Positions 18,321 to 28,746 of a DNA stretch of 64,000 bases are shown one piece after another (position 1 is the stretch's first letter; each line of letters opens with the position of its first letter). The DNA is from an uncultured bacterium (GTDB lineage Bacteria; Omnitrophota; Gorgyraeia; Zapsychrales; Aceulaceae): the NCBI GenBank assembly GCA_937930175.1, contig CALGLP010000006.1, positions 129,749-193,748 on the forward strand. The letters run 5' to 3'. The notes below the pieces were generated by a model. The model worked only from the letters and a program-made list of their open reading frames with translations. It was not told the DNA's origin and ran no database searches. Made by a program: the position numbers and the translations under genes.

Positions 18321-19756
18321 AGACTCACCCGCTTTTTATGCCACTCCGTAGCTTGCTCATAGGCATGTCCAATACGGAACAGCATTTCCTCGTCAAAAGG
18401 TTTCCCAATGATTTGCAGACCGATGGGCAGTCCATTTTTTGCAAACCCACACGGAAGAGAGATTGCTGGAACTCCCGCAAGATTAACAGAAATAGTATAA
18501 ATATCAGACAAATACATCGACAGCGGATCAGATGTCTTTTCTCCAAGCTTAAAGGCTGTGGTCGGTGCTGTCGGTGTGATGATGGCATCAAATGATTTAA
18601 AGGCTTCATCGAAATCTTGCTTAATCAAGGTTCTCACCTTTTGAGCTTTAAGATAATAGGCGTCATAATACCCCGAGGACAAGGAATATGTTCCAAGCAT
18701 GATACGCCGTTTGGCTTCGGCACCAAAACCTTGATGGCGTGTTTCTTCATAAAGGTCGATAATGGGTGTTCGGCGCTGCTGGCTAGGCTGGGCACGTAGA
18801 CCATATTGAACACCATCAAAGCGCGCGAGGTTTGAGCTTGCCTCCGCAGTCGCGAGAATATAATAGGTGGCCACCGCGTAGGCGGTGTGTGGCATAGAAA
18901 TTTCTTTAAACTGAGCCCCTTTGGCCTTGAGCAGTTCAATGGCATCGAAAATGCTTGTCTTTACTTCCTCATCGATACCTTCCACAAAATATTCTTTTGG
19001 GATGGCAATCTTGAGATCTTTGACATCCTTGGTGAGCGCGTGTGTGAAATCAGGCACTGGGATGTCAGCTGATGTAGAATCCATTTCATCGTGCCCTGCA
19101 ATTAAATTAAGTAAGAGCGCGTTGTCTTCAATATCTTTGGTGATGGGCCCAATTTGATCAAGGCTTGAGGCAAAGGCAATGAGCCCATAGCGTGAAACTC
19201 TGCCATAGGTCGGCTTGAGGCCAACGACACCACAAAAAGAAGCTGGTTGACGAATGGAGCCACCTGTGTCGGACCCCAACGCCCATATGGCTTCATTTGC
19301 GGCTACAGCCGCGGCTGATCCTCCGCTTGATCCCCCAGGGACACAATCTAATTTCCACGGGTTTCGTGTCACACCAAAATACGAACTTTCCGTCGAGGAA
19401 CCAAAGGCAAATTCATCCATGTTGGCATGTCCAAGAAAAATAAGGCCAGCCTCGCGCAATTTCTTAATGACGGTTGCGTCATAGGGCGGTCTAAAGCCTT
19501 GCAAGATATGCGAGGCACAGGTTGTCGGATAATTTTTAATGCAGATATTATCTTTGATCGCAATGGGAATAGGAAAGCGGCCGAACTTCTTTTCATCAAA
19601 GGCAATCCCGTCATCTTCGTGATGTACGTAGGCATGGATTTTTGGATCGTGGGTTTTGATGGCTTCACGTACAGAGCGATAAACATCAGCAGGGTTGATG
19701 CATTTTTCGCTCATCCCTTTTAAGATTTCATGGGCTGTTAATTCGTTGAGTTTCAT
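18317..19756 (-). CDS. gatA: Glu-tRNA(Gln) amidotransferase subunit A
   Basis: 479 aa. Amidase signature ([13 protein letters not shown]). Confidence 0.95.
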   Translation of the reverse strand: MKLNELTAHEILKGMSEKCINPADVYRSVREAIKTHDPKIHAYVHHEDDGIAFDEKKFGRFPIPIAIKDNICIKNYPTTCASHILQGFRPPYDATVIKKLREAGLIFLGHANMDEFAFGSSTESSYFGVTRNPWKLDCVPGGSSGGSAAAVAANEAIWALGSDTGGSIRQPASFCGVVGLKPTYGRVSRYGLIAFASSLDQIGPITKDIEDNALLLNLIAGHDEMDSTSADIPVPDFTHALTKDVKDLKIAIPKEYFVEGIDEEVKTSIFDAIELLKAKGAQFKEISMPHTAYAVATYYILATAEASSNLARFDGVQYGLRAQPSQQRRTPIIDLYEETRHQGFGAEAKRRIMLGTYSLSSGYYDAYYLKAQKVRTLIKQDFDEAFKSFDAIITPTAPTTAFKLGEKTSDPLSMYLSDIYTISVNLAGVPAISLPCGFAKNGLPIGLQIIGKPFDEEMLFRIGHAYEQATEWHKKRVSL

Positions 19757-20037
19757 TCGATGACCTGTGGAACCTTAAAGGAACCTTTGTGGCTTTCCGG
19801 AGCACTTTTGATCGCGTCAGCTTGGCTTAATGAGGGGCGAGGAAGATCCCGGCGAAAGACATTTTGAAGCGGCAAGACATGGCTTGTGGGTTTCACCGTG
19901 GAAACATCAAGGGTGTTTAACTTCTCAATATAGCCAAGAATATCTTCTAGGGTTGTTGTCAGTTTTTCTGTTTCTTCATCTGTGAGATGAATCCGAGAAA
20001 GGTGGGCGATGTATTGGACGTCTTTTTTCGTTATCAT
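19753..20037 (-). CDS. gatC: Glu-tRNA(Gln) amidotransferase subunit C
   Basis: 94 aa. Position and size in the gatCAB operon. [11 protein letters not shown] motif. Confidence 0.85.
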   Translation of the reverse strand: MITKKDVQYIAHLSRIHLTDEETEKLTTTLEDILGYIEKLNTLDVSTVKPTSHVLPLQNVFRRDLPRPSLSQADAIKSAPESHKGSFKVPQVIE

Positions 20038-20140
20038 ATGATTATATATAATTAGTAAGTCTTATAATAAAAATATATACTAGCATTAATGGGTATTTAT
20101 GACAAGGCAAAATCAGATTTGCTTAAATCTGTTATTAAGT

Positions 20141-20536
20141 CTATGTGGTGGAGAGCTTTGCGCGAAGATCATCGGGCAAAGGTGTTGGTTTAAATCCTGA
20201 ATCAAGGCAAACGAGCGTGACTTCAGCCTCAACGATCGTGCGTTGCGTATGTTTTTCAACAATGGTTTGATCAAAAACAAGCTGTGCTGCGGTCATCTTT
20301 TTTAGGTGTGCTGTACAGGTGAGAACTTCAGCGTAACGTGCTGGGCTCTTATAGGTTATGGTGCATTTACGAACCGCATAAAGATTTCCTTTTTTCTGGA
20401 ATTCCGCAACGCTCAATCCCCTGTCTTCCAGGAATTCTGTTCGCGCCTCTTCAAGGTAGTTTAAGTAGCGCCCATAATAAACAACTCCGCCAGCATCCGT
20501 GTCATGATAGTAAATACGTTTTTCCATGATTCTCAT
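20141..20536 (-). CDS. acyl-CoA thioesterase, YbgC/4HBT (hotdog) family
   Basis: YYHDTDAGGVVYYGRYLNYLEEAR hotdog-fold motif. Start moved to an internal Met because the N-terminal extension looks spurious. Confidence 0.7.
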   Translation of the reverse strand: MRIMEKRIYYHDTDAGGVVYYGRYLNYLEEARTEFLEDRGLSVAEFQKKGNLYAVRKCTITYKSPARYAEVLTCTAHLKKMTAAQLVFDQTIVEKHTQRTIVEAEVTLVCLDSGFKPTPLPDDLRAKLSTT

Positions 20537-20731
20537 TTCTGTTTTATTTTTTAATTTGAAACACATCCTATTTTTAGCATCTTCCTCGACGAAAGTCAAG
20601 AAATCCAAGAATAAAAAAAAGATGTTCTTGACCTTGATAAGTGAAGGTCTATGTGGTATATTTATTCTAGCCACGGAACCGTGAACACGGGCAAGTGGCT
20701 TTTTTTATTGGGATTAACCAGAAAGAACTCC

Positions 20732-21115
20732 ATGGCTCAAAATGATAGCAGTGAATTTAATGATGACGGGCGATATTTCCCCCGCTGGGAAGTTGCCAAC
20801 AAAGTAACGTATAAGCATGAAAAAGGTGTTAATTTCCACGAATGTGTAAGTCATGATATCAACAATACAGGTGTCTGCTTACGGACTTACGAAAAGATTC
20901 CTACCAATGAAAAGGTCTCCATGACCATCGAACTTGCCGACGGTGTTACCGTGCAGGCGCACGGACGAGCTGTTTGGGAGCGCAATAATGGCAAGGATTT
21001 CCTGATTGGTGTTCGCTTTGAGGATATCAGCGATAAGGTGCAAGATTTGATCTTTAACTGCGCCTTTGAAGCCCATCCCCAGCAGTTTCGTGACAAATGG
21101 TTTCAGGGGGCGTAA
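20732..21115 (+). CDS. PilZ-domain protein
   Basis: RYFPRWE (RxxxR) and DINNTGV (D-x-N-x-T-G variant of DxSxGG). Start moved to MAQNDSS. Confidence 0.55.
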   Translation: MAQNDSSEFNDDGRYFPRWEVANKVTYKHEKGVNFHECVSHDINNTGVCLRTYEKIPTNEKVSMTIELADGVTVQAHGRAVWERNNGKDFLIGVRFEDISDKVQDLIFNCAFEAHPQQFRDKWFQGA

Positions 21116-21235
21116 GGCCTTTCCCTGGTTGGATAATAAATAGATCATCTCGATTTATTTGCGTCTTGAGATTTCAAAAACTCAAGATTAAGCCATCCTG
21201 AATTATTCCAAGTAAAGTAAGCAGTCTTTTTTATT

Positions 21236-22042
21236 TTATCTTTTTATTTTAGTTAGTGCGTTGGCGATTTGGACATAATCAGAAACAGAGAGATTTTCGG
21301 CTCTTGCCTGAGGGTCGATGGCGAGATCGGCTAAGAGTTCTTTGAGGTCAGATTTTGTTGTCAATGTCGCAAGGGCGTTTTGGAGTTGTTTGCGACGCTG
21401 CTGAAAAGCCATTTTAATCAATCTAAGAAATATTTTTTCATCGATCGCCTGGGGGCTTGGCATGTCCTTGAAGTGAATCTTGACAAAGCATGATTCAACC
21501 TTAGGCGCTGGAGAAAACGAAGTGTTTTTAATTTTAAAGAGCATTTTGGGTTCTGCGAAATATTGAATGACACAGCTTAAAGCGCTGTAGTCTTTGCTTC
21601 CCGGAGTTGCGACAAGCCGTTTCCCGAATTCAAGCTGAACCGTAATAAAAACATCAGATATTTTTGCGCGATTTTGGATCAATTTTTCAATGATTGGAGA
21701 TGAAATATTGTAGGGAAGATTTCCGATGATTTTGAGTGGAGGCGGTAGCTTGGAAAAGTTAAAGTCTAAAAAATCTTGATGATAAAGGGTTGAGTTTGCG
21801 CTCAGGATGTTTTTAGTCAAGTGCGCATAAAGATCGTGATCTTTTTCAACAGCGTGAAAACATTTGACCGCTGGTGCGATTTTTTCTGTCAGCGCTCCCA
21901 GGCCAGGGCCGATTTCAAGCACGGTTTCGTCTCGTTGCAACTGGCAGGCTGTAATGATTTTGTGGATCACATGGGGGTCGTGGAGAAAATTCTGGCCAAG
22001 GCTTTTGCGTGGCTTATGGACAAGGCGTTTGTTATTGTTCAT
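21236..22042 (-). CDS. rsmA: 16S rRNA (adenine1518/1519-N6)-dimethyltransferase
   Basis: 268 aa. SLGQNFL N-terminal motif and SAM-binding VLEIGPGLGALT. Confidence 0.9.
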   Translation of the reverse strand: MNNNKRLVHKPRKSLGQNFLHDPHVIHKIITACQLQRDETVLEIGPGLGALTEKIAPAVKCFHAVEKDHDLYAHLTKNILSANSTLYHQDFLDFNFSKLPPPLKIIGNLPYNISSPIIEKLIQNRAKISDVFITVQLEFGKRLVATPGSKDYSALSCVIQYFAEPKMLFKIKNTSFSPAPKVESCFVKIHFKDMPSPQAIDEKIFLRLIKMAFQQRRKQLQNALATLTTKSDLKELLADLAIDPQARAENLSVSDYVQIANALTKIKR

Positions 22043-22986
22043 TGTGTAAGGCGTACAGCTAATTTAATCGACTCGCACATCGACGAGGGATCGGCCTTGT
22101 TTTTTCCAGCAATATCAAAGGCTGTTCCGTGCGCTGGCGATGTGCGAATCACCGGAAGCCCGATGGTCAGATTGACAAGTTTATAGAAATTGGTGGTTTT
22201 GATAGGCACAAGGCCTTGGTCGTGGTACATAGCGATAATAGCATCATATTTAGCAGCATTAAAATCACAAAATAACGTATCAGCGGCAAAGGGGCCTTCA
22301 ATCCTTTTGCACATTTTACGGACTTGTCTCATGGCCGGCAGGATGATTTCGATTTCTTCTTTTCCGATGTGCCCCCCTTCACCAGCGTGGGGATTGAGTC
22401 CGCAAACCGCGATTTTAGGATTTTGAATATGGAAGTAATTGTTTAGGGCCTTAGCGGTTAAGCAAATTGTTTTTACAATAAGCTTCTGCGTGATTGCGCT
22501 GGGAACATCTGCCAAGGGAACATGCCGAGTTGCAATCACCACTTTCAAATCTTTTAAGACAAACATCATGTCAAATTCTTTGACCCCAAAGAATTCGGCT
22601 AAATATTCAGTGTGGCCCTTGAAGTGAGGGTTGGTGAGCTGAACCGCTTCTTTGCATAGTGGAGCTGTCACAAGCGCGGAGATCGTTTTTGCTTTCAGCA
22701 GTTCAAGCGCGGTATCAAGATAGTGAACGGCTGCTTGGCCTGAGGCCTTGCTGAGGGTGCCAACTTTTATTTGACCATCGGGAATAGTGTTTAAATCGAT
22801 GAAGGTACAATTTTTTAAAGGTTGCATTTGGTAGCGAGAAAAGATTTTTTTGTTACCGATAATTTGAAAGTGGGCCAGGCGGTTGACGTCAGGATTAGAC
22901 AGGGCTTTGACAATGATTTCAGGACCAATCCCCGCGGGATCCCCCATCGTGATGCCAATCGTTGGTTTGGGACGTAAACGTGTCAT
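22039..22986 (-). CDS. pdxA: 4-hydroxythreonine-4-phosphate dehydrogenase
   Basis: 315 aa. IGITMGDPAGIGPEI N-terminus. surA-pdxA-ksgA synteny. Confidence 0.9.
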   Translation of the reverse strand: MTRLRPKPTIGITMGDPAGIGPEIIVKALSNPDVNRLAHFQIIGNKKIFSRYQMQPLKNCTFIDLNTIPDGQIKVGTLSKASGQAAVHYLDTALELLKAKTISALVTAPLCKEAVQLTNPHFKGHTEYLAEFFGVKEFDMMFVLKDLKVVIATRHVPLADVPSAITQKLIVKTICLTAKALNNYFHIQNPKIAVCGLNPHAGEGGHIGKEEIEIILPAMRQVRKMCKRIEGPFAADTLFCDFNAAKYDAIIAMYHDQGLVPIKTTNFYKLVNLTIGLPVIRTSPAHGTAFDIAGKNKADPSSMCESIKLAVRLTQ

Positions 22987-23963
22987 TGTTTGATTTCGAT
23001 ATATGCTTCTTCGCGTAGTTTTTTAAGCCAGGTTTCACGGCGTTCGTTAAGTTGCTTCTGGAAAAGCATATCGTAAATGTTATCTTTGACTTCCTCCAAG
23101 GGAGCCATGGCCTCAGGAATTCTTTCTTGGAGCTGAAAGATATAGACACCATTTTCTGTTGGGACGGGTTCTGAAATCTCGCCAGGAGCAAGCTTTGACA
23201 CAACATTTTCAACTTCAGGAAGCATCTCACCTTTGTGTACGGTACTGACCGAGGCTGTTCCAGAAAATTTCTGTGCGATATCCTCAAATCCTTTAGGGTA
23301 TTGACTAAGCTGAGCAGGATCTTTAATGATTAAGAGAGCATCTTGGGCATGCTGTGTGGCAAGGGCCTTTGCGCCTTCTTCGTAGGGAATAAAAATTGTG
23401 TTGAGTGTTAAGCGTTCGGGTGTGAGAAATTTAGAAAGATTTTGCTGATAGTATTCGGTGACCTGCTGAGGGCTTACCATAACCTTGGATTTAATCTCCA
23501 GTTCTTCGGCGTAGTAGGCCTTAAATTGATCTAAGATCTTATTTTTTAGGTCTGTGAGTGTCATCCCTTGTGCGGTGAGATCATCAGAAAAAGCTTGTGC
23601 TGAGGGGTATTTCTTTCTAATCTCTTGAATGCGTTTGTCAATGGTTTCGGGTCGGATCTTGATTTCCATTTTATCCGCATGACTTATTTTGAGGCGCTCA
23701 TCGATAAGTTTTTCTAAGCCGTTTTCTTGATAATAGGCCATGGTCTCTTTGATTTCGCTTGGGTTCAGTTTTGATGACGAGAGACCCATATAGACGATGG
23801 AGAGAAATTCATGGAGGTCTTTGAGAGTGATGATATCATCGTTGACAATGGCGATAATACCGTCGTTGAGAGTCGCCAATGATTTTGACGTGGGCAGAAG
23901 AATAGCCGTAGCATAAATTAATGTTGTGCAAAATAAAAGCGAAAGAGATTTTTTTATGTTCAT
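22983..23963 (-). CDS. surA: periplasmic chaperone / peptidyl-prolyl isomerase, SurA-like
   Basis: Signal peptide then a SurA N-domain pattern. Start moved to [11 protein letters not shown], which overlaps the mfd stop by ATGA. Confidence 0.7.
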   Translation of the reverse strand: MNIKKSLSLLFCTTLIYATAILLPTSKSLATLNDGIIAIVNDDIITLKDLHEFLSIVYMGLSSSKLNPSEIKETMAYYQENGLEKLIDERLKISHADKMEIKIRPETIDKRIQEIRKKYPSAQAFSDDLTAQGMTLTDLKNKILDQFKAYYAEELEIKSKVMVSPQQVTEYYQQNLSKFLTPERLTLNTIFIPYEEGAKALATQHAQDALLIIKDPAQLSQYPKGFEDIAQKFSGTASVSTVHKGEMLPEVENVVSKLAPGEISEPVPTENGVYIFQLQERIPEAMAPLEEVKDNIYDMLFQKQLNERRETWLKKLREEAYIEIKQ

Positions 23964-25843
23964 GGCGCGAGCGTTTCCTTTTTTAAGTTTTCGATGGATT
24001 CTTTTAAGAGCCGACAATATAGATCAAAACCAATATTTGTGATATAGCCGTGTTGCTGTTCGCCAAGTAAATTCCCTGCCCCGCGTATTTGTAAATCTTC
24101 AAAGGCGATATGAAAGCCTGAGCCAAGCCCAGCATGTTTTTGAATCGCCGCAAGCCTTGATTTGGCCACCGAGGATAGTTCGGCGTTTGGTAATGTTAGA
24201 AAATAGGCATAGGCTTTCTTTTCAAATCGTCCCACCCTCCCGCGCAATTGATGCAAATCCGCGAGTCCAAAGCGGTCGGCACGATTGACAATGAGCGTAT
24301 TGGCGTTAGGGATATCGATCCCCGATTCAATGATCGTTGTGCAAATCAAGACATCAATAGCCCCTTTAAGGAATTGTAACATCATTTGTTCCAAAAGGCG
24401 ACCAGGCATTTGTCCGTGGGCCACACAAATCCGCGCGCGCGGAACAAGCCTGCGTATCATATTACCAACTTTTTCAATATCTTCAACTCGATTATGAAGA
24501 AAAAAGACTTGTCCTTTGCGCCGAAGCTCTTTGGTGATGGCATCTTGGATTAAGTCTTCATCAAACTCGGTGACATGGGTTGAGATGGGGATGCGATTTT
24601 GAGGTGGCGTGTTAATTGCCGACATATCTCTACCGCCTGCCAGGGCAAGATAGAGCGTGCGCGGGATAGGTGTTGCGCTTAAGGTCAAGACATCAACAAG
24701 TAGACGAAAATGCTTGAGACGTTCTTTGGCCTTGACACCAAAGCGTTGTTCTTCGTCGATGATGACAAGACCAAGATCTTTAAAATGGACATCATCAGAG
24801 AGAAGTCGATGAGTACCAATCAAGATATCCACAGAACCTTCCGCGGTCTTCTGAATAATATTTCGTTGTTCTTTGGGTGTGCGAAAGCGGTTGAGCATCT
24901 CAACCTGGACAGGAAAGTCCTTAAGGCGTTTGGTGAAATTAAAATAATGTTGTTCGGCTAAAATGGTTGTTGGGACAAGAATGACGACTTGTTTACTGTC
25001 CATGACAGCTTTAAAGCTTGCCCGTAGCGCGATTTCTGTTTTTCCATATCCTACATCGCCGCAGATCAAGCGATCGGTTGGGTATTTGGAATTCATATCG
25101 GATTGCACATCTTGCCAGGCTTTGGTCTGATCGGGTGTTTCTTTAAAGGGAAATGTCTTTTCAAAGTCGCTCATCCAGGGCGTGTTTCTAGAAAAAGCAT
25201 AGCCTTCTACGCTTGTGCGCAAAGCCTGCAAATGTAAAAGTTCTGCGGCGAACCGTTGAATACTTTTTTGAATGCGTGAGCGCATTTTGTTCCACTGCTT
25301 GGAGCCAAGTTTATAAATCGTTGGTGGCCTTTTATGAAAGCCAACATATTTTTGCACAAGATGCATATCGTTTTTGGGAACATAGAGTTTGTCGCCATGG
25401 GCGTATTCGACGATCAAATGTTCTTTGCCTTCTTGGCCAATGCGAAGTTCTGTGATCCCTAAGAATTTTCCAATGCCATAGTTGTTGTGGACAACATAAT
25501 CCCCTTGTTCAATATCGACAAAGTGATTGAGCGGGGTTTCCGCGTTAAAGGTTTCAACTTTAGATTTCCGGCATGGCAGGATGATGACAATATGGTGAGA
25601 AAAGAGGATTTCGCCGGTAAGGGTGTTAAAGGTGGCGATGCTGCGGATGCGGTCATCGTCGATATCGATCCGGATGGGGGCGTCAAAATTGGTGGGAAAA
25701 ATGTCTATAATGCCGCCGCGTTGGCTAAACTCCCCTTCTTCGGATATGGTTTTTTGGTTTTTGTAGCCGAAGCTAACAAGCTGGGTTAAGACAGATTCCG
25801 TCGAAATGATCTGGGAAGCAAAGAATTTAAGCGACCGAAACAT
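23960..25843 (-). CDS. mfd: transcription-repair coupling factor Mfd, lacking the N-terminal UvrB-homology/UvrA-binding module
   Basis: 627 aa. RNAP-interacting (TRG-like) region, DEAD-box translocase motifs ([11 protein letters not shown]; DEEQRFG; helicase C), and C-terminal D7. E. coli Mfd is about 1150 aa. secDF begins 18 bp upstream, so no N-terminal exons are possible. Confidence 0.8.
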   Translation of the reverse strand: MFRSLKFFASQIISTESVLTQLVSFGYKNQKTISEEGEFSQRGGIIDIFPTNFDAPIRIDIDDDRIRSIATFNTLTGEILFSHHIVIILPCRKSKVETFNAETPLNHFVDIEQGDYVVHNNYGIGKFLGITELRIGQEGKEHLIVEYAHGDKLYVPKNDMHLVQKYVGFHKRPPTIYKLGSKQWNKMRSRIQKSIQRFAAELLHLQALRTSVEGYAFSRNTPWMSDFEKTFPFKETPDQTKAWQDVQSDMNSKYPTDRLICGDVGYGKTEIALRASFKAVMDSKQVVILVPTTILAEQHYFNFTKRLKDFPVQVEMLNRFRTPKEQRNIIQKTAEGSVDILIGTHRLLSDDVHFKDLGLVIIDEEQRFGVKAKERLKHFRLLVDVLTLSATPIPRTLYLALAGGRDMSAINTPPQNRIPISTHVTEFDEDLIQDAITKELRRKGQVFFLHNRVEDIEKVGNMIRRLVPRARICVAHGQMPGRLLEQMMLQFLKGAIDVLICTTIIESGIDIPNANTLIVNRADRFGLADLHQLRGRVGRFEKKAYAYFLTLPNAELSSVAKSRLAAIQKHAGLGSGFHIAFEDLQIRGAGNLLGEQQHGYITNIGFDLYCRLLKESIENLKKETLAP

Positions 25844-25860
25844 GGTTTGTTTGCGGGTTG

Positions 25861-28068
25861 CTATTTATTGCGATTTGGTTTTTTTTGCCATGCTAACACA
25901 AGTGGTGTTGCAATAAAGACCGTGGAGTAGATACCTGAAATAAATCCTACGAGCAAACAAAACGCAAACGTGTTTAAAACTTCTCCACCGAGCAAAAAGA
26001 GGACAATGACCACAAGCAGCGATGTGACGGATGTGATAATGGTTCGGCTTAAAGTTTCATTGACGCTTAAGTTAAGGACATCGCGAAGATTTGTTTTCTT
26101 GACTTTGAGAAGATTTTCACGAACGCGGTCGTAGATGACGATCGTGTCGTTGATCGAATACCCCGCAATGGTCAAGAGCGCGGTGACAACCAAGAGATCG
26201 ATTTGACGGTTTGTGATCATGAGAAAACCTACCGTGATAATAATATCGTGCAAGAGGGCGATCACACCCGCTAGGGCAAAGTCAAAGTGTTTAAAGCGAA
26301 AGCCAACATAGATCAAGATGCCACCTAAGGCAAAAAGAATAGCCAGAAAGGCTCGCTTACGCAAGGCCTGGCCTACGACAGGCCCAACCTTCTCAAGGCG
26401 CATGACTTCAAAGGCATTATCACTAAATTTTGTTTTAAAGACTTCAATGGTTTTGTCATAGCTGTCTTCAGAAGAGCGGATCATGACGGTTTCAGGGTTT
26501 TTGTCGAATTGTTGGATGACAAAATTCTTGACTCCTCCCTCGTCCAAGGCTTTGCGCAAGTTTTGGGTGTCTAAGGGCTTGGTAAATTTGTATTCTTGAA
26601 TTTGGCCGCCCGAGAAATCAACACCATAGGCGGTATCTTTGTGAACCCAGAAAAAGTACATACCAACGGCAATGGTCACGAGTGATAAGGCATAGAAAAA
26701 ATGTCGGATGGCCACAAAGTCGATCTTTGTATTGTTTAAGAGTTTGAGACTTTTGAGAGATTTGATAATGCCGATTTTAATAAAGAAATCAAAAAGGGCG
26801 CGAGAGACAAAAAGTGCTGTAAACATGCTCGAGATAAGACCGATGGCTAATGTAATCGCAAAGCCTTTGATGGGGCCTGATCCAAACTGAAAAAGCATGA
26901 AGGCCGCAATGAGCGTGGTCAAGTTGGAATCAAAAATTGCGGTAAAGGCCTTGTTAAAGCCGTTATTAACCGCGGCTTGTAAGGTTCGGCCATTGGCAAA
27001 TTCTTCGCGGATACGTTCGTTGATCAAGACATTGGCATCCACAGCCATGCCAAGTGTCAAGATAATACCGGCTATACCTGGTAAGGTCAGCGTTGCTTGG
27101 GCGTCAGGCATCATGGTGTTTAAGAATCCCATGATTCCGGTAATAAAGATGAGGTTAAAAAGCAAAGCAATATCCGCAATAAAGCCGGACATAAAATAAT
27201 AAAGAAGCATAAAAACAATAACGACAACGAGGCCGATCACCGTAGCGCGAATACCTGCATCAATGGAGTCTTTTCCCAAGAGAGGTCCAATCGTTCGTTC
27301 CTCTTCCACATACATGGGTGCTGGCAATGCGCCTGAGCGAAGTGAGAGCGCAAGAAGATTGGCTTCATCAAAGGTGAACATGCCTGTGATTTCTGCGCTT
27401 CCCGTTAAAATAGGCTCACGAATATTGGGAGCGGATAACACTTCCCCATCCAAAACGATGGCAAGGCGGCGATTGGTGTTTTCTTGTGTGATGGTGGCAA
27501 ATTTCTTTGTTCCATCAGCATTGAGCGTCAGAGAGATCCGCGGCTGGCCAAAACTTCGTTGATCAAAATCAACACGGGCATCTGAAACAGTTTCACCACT
27601 TAACGCTGTTGATTTCTCAATAAGCACAGGGCGGTTTTCTTCGCCTTTGATATATTTGAGCTCGTAGTTGGCATCCACTTCCCCACCTAAGGCTTTTGTT
27701 AAGAGAGCTGGATCATCACTGACCAAACGAAATTCAAGCTGGGCAACCTTTCCGATCATCGCGAGGGCTTTATCGCGATCTGTAACGCCTGGCAATTGGA
27801 CTAAGATTTGATTCTCACCTTGGATCTGGATTGTTGTTTCCCCTACGCCAAGGCCGTCAATGCGGTTACGCAAGATTTCCATCGCACGCAAAACAGCATC
27901 TTTTTTGGCATCCTCAGAAAGTTTCTCTGTTTGAACACGCAAAACAAGGTGCATCCCGCCTTTAAGATCAAGGCCGAGGTTAATGCGTTTTTCTAAAGGC
28001 AGAGAAAACCATAGACAAGCGCCTAAGATAGCGAAAATAATGAGGAAACGTTTCTTCAGGTCTTTCAT
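25861..28068 (-). CDS. secDF: protein translocase subunit SecDF (fused)
   Basis: 735 aa. Two 6-TM SecD/SecF repeats with a periplasmic domain. Confidence 0.9.
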   Translation of the reverse strand: MKDLKKRFLIIFAILGACLWFSLPLEKRINLGLDLKGGMHLVLRVQTEKLSEDAKKDAVLRAMEILRNRIDGLGVGETTIQIQGENQILVQLPGVTDRDKALAMIGKVAQLEFRLVSDDPALLTKALGGEVDANYELKYIKGEENRPVLIEKSTALSGETVSDARVDFDQRSFGQPRISLTLNADGTKKFATITQENTNRRLAIVLDGEVLSAPNIREPILTGSAEITGMFTFDEANLLALSLRSGALPAPMYVEEERTIGPLLGKDSIDAGIRATVIGLVVVIVFMLLYYFMSGFIADIALLFNLIFITGIMGFLNTMMPDAQATLTLPGIAGIILTLGMAVDANVLINERIREEFANGRTLQAAVNNGFNKAFTAIFDSNLTTLIAAFMLFQFGSGPIKGFAITLAIGLISSMFTALFVSRALFDFFIKIGIIKSLKSLKLLNNTKIDFVAIRHFFYALSLVTIAVGMYFFWVHKDTAYGVDFSGGQIQEYKFTKPLDTQNLRKALDEGGVKNFVIQQFDKNPETVMIRSSEDSYDKTIEVFKTKFSDNAFEVMRLEKVGPVVGQALRKRAFLAILFALGGILIYVGFRFKHFDFALAGVIALLHDIIITVGFLMITNRQIDLLVVTALLTIAGYSINDTIVIYDRVRENLLKVKKTNLRDVLNLSVNETLSRTIITSVTSLLVVIVLFLLGGEVLNTFAFCLLVGFISGIYSTVFIATPLVLAWQKKPNRNK

Positions 28069-28083
28069 GGGTATTCCTTTGTG

Positions 28084-28377
28084 TTAAGTAGTGGGGGAAC
28101 CTTTTTTTTCGATGCGGGCCACAGCGCCGCGGTCAATTTCGATTTTGACATTGTCATCGATGCGAAGAATTAATGTTTTTTCTTTCATGTTGACGATCGT
28201 ACCGTGAATGCCACCGCTGGTAACGATGTCATCATTTTTCTTGAGATTATCAATCATTTTCTGGAATTCAGTTTGTTTGGCTTTCTGCGGTTTGATGACA
28301 AGAAAATAGAAGATCCCAAAAATAAGCGCGTATGGAATCATCATGGCAAGCGGATTGATCGAATTTTCTGTTCCCAT
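28084..28377 (-). CDS. yajC: preprotein translocase subunit YajC
   Basis: 97 aa. Single TM then a conserved GG…G…V..I.KEK.LIL..D.V motif. Directly downstream of secDF. Confidence 0.85.
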   Translation of the reverse strand: MGTENSINPLAMMIPYALIFGIFYFLVIKPQKAKQTEFQKMIDNLKKNDDIVTSGGIHGTIVNMKEKTLILRIDDNVKIEIDRGAVARIEKKGSPTT

Positions 28378-28410
28378 AGAATATCCTTTTGTTGGTAATG
28401 GTTCTAAATA

Positions 28411-28665
28411 TTATTTGCTATTTTTGCGAAACTTTTTGACTAGATTTTTGACCGTATCACTCATGACCGCACCTTTGGCGATCCATTGATCAAGTTTTGT
28501 GAGATCAATGGAAAGTGATGCGGGTTTTTTGGCAGGGTCATAATAGCCAAGCATCGCTAATGTTTTTGAGTCCCTTGATTTTGGTTTTGCAATAGCGATG
28601 ATGCGATAATTAGCTGCTTTGTTGATCGATTTTCCAATACGTTGCATACGAATACAGACTTCCAT
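28411..28665 (-). CDS. rpsP: 30S ribosomal protein S16
   Basis: …YRIIAIAKPKSRDSKTLAMLGYYDP… S16 signature. Start chosen at an internal Met. Confidence 0.85.
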   Translation of the reverse strand: MEVCIRMQRIGKSINKAANYRIIAIAKPKSRDSKTLAMLGYYDPAKKPASLSIDLTKLDQWIAKGAVMSDTVKNLVKKFRKNSK

Positions 28666-28746
28666 GAGCACTCCTCTTTCTGATGTTTTATTTAGGAACA
28701 AATATTATGTATATATTAGCGTTTTTTTTAAATATTTCAATGTCTT

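Noticed and set aside
21150-21190. Hairpin TCTTGAG…CTCAAGA between convergent PilZ and ksgA as a terminator
   Set aside because: The stem is AT-rich and not followed by a U-tract on either strand. At best a weak bidirectional terminator, so not reported as a feature.
23960-25843. Short mfd as a frameshifted or mis-called gene
   Set aside because: secDF (a complete, unrelated gene) begins 18 bp upstream on the same strand. There is no sequence space for the missing 5' half, so the truncation is real in this assembly.
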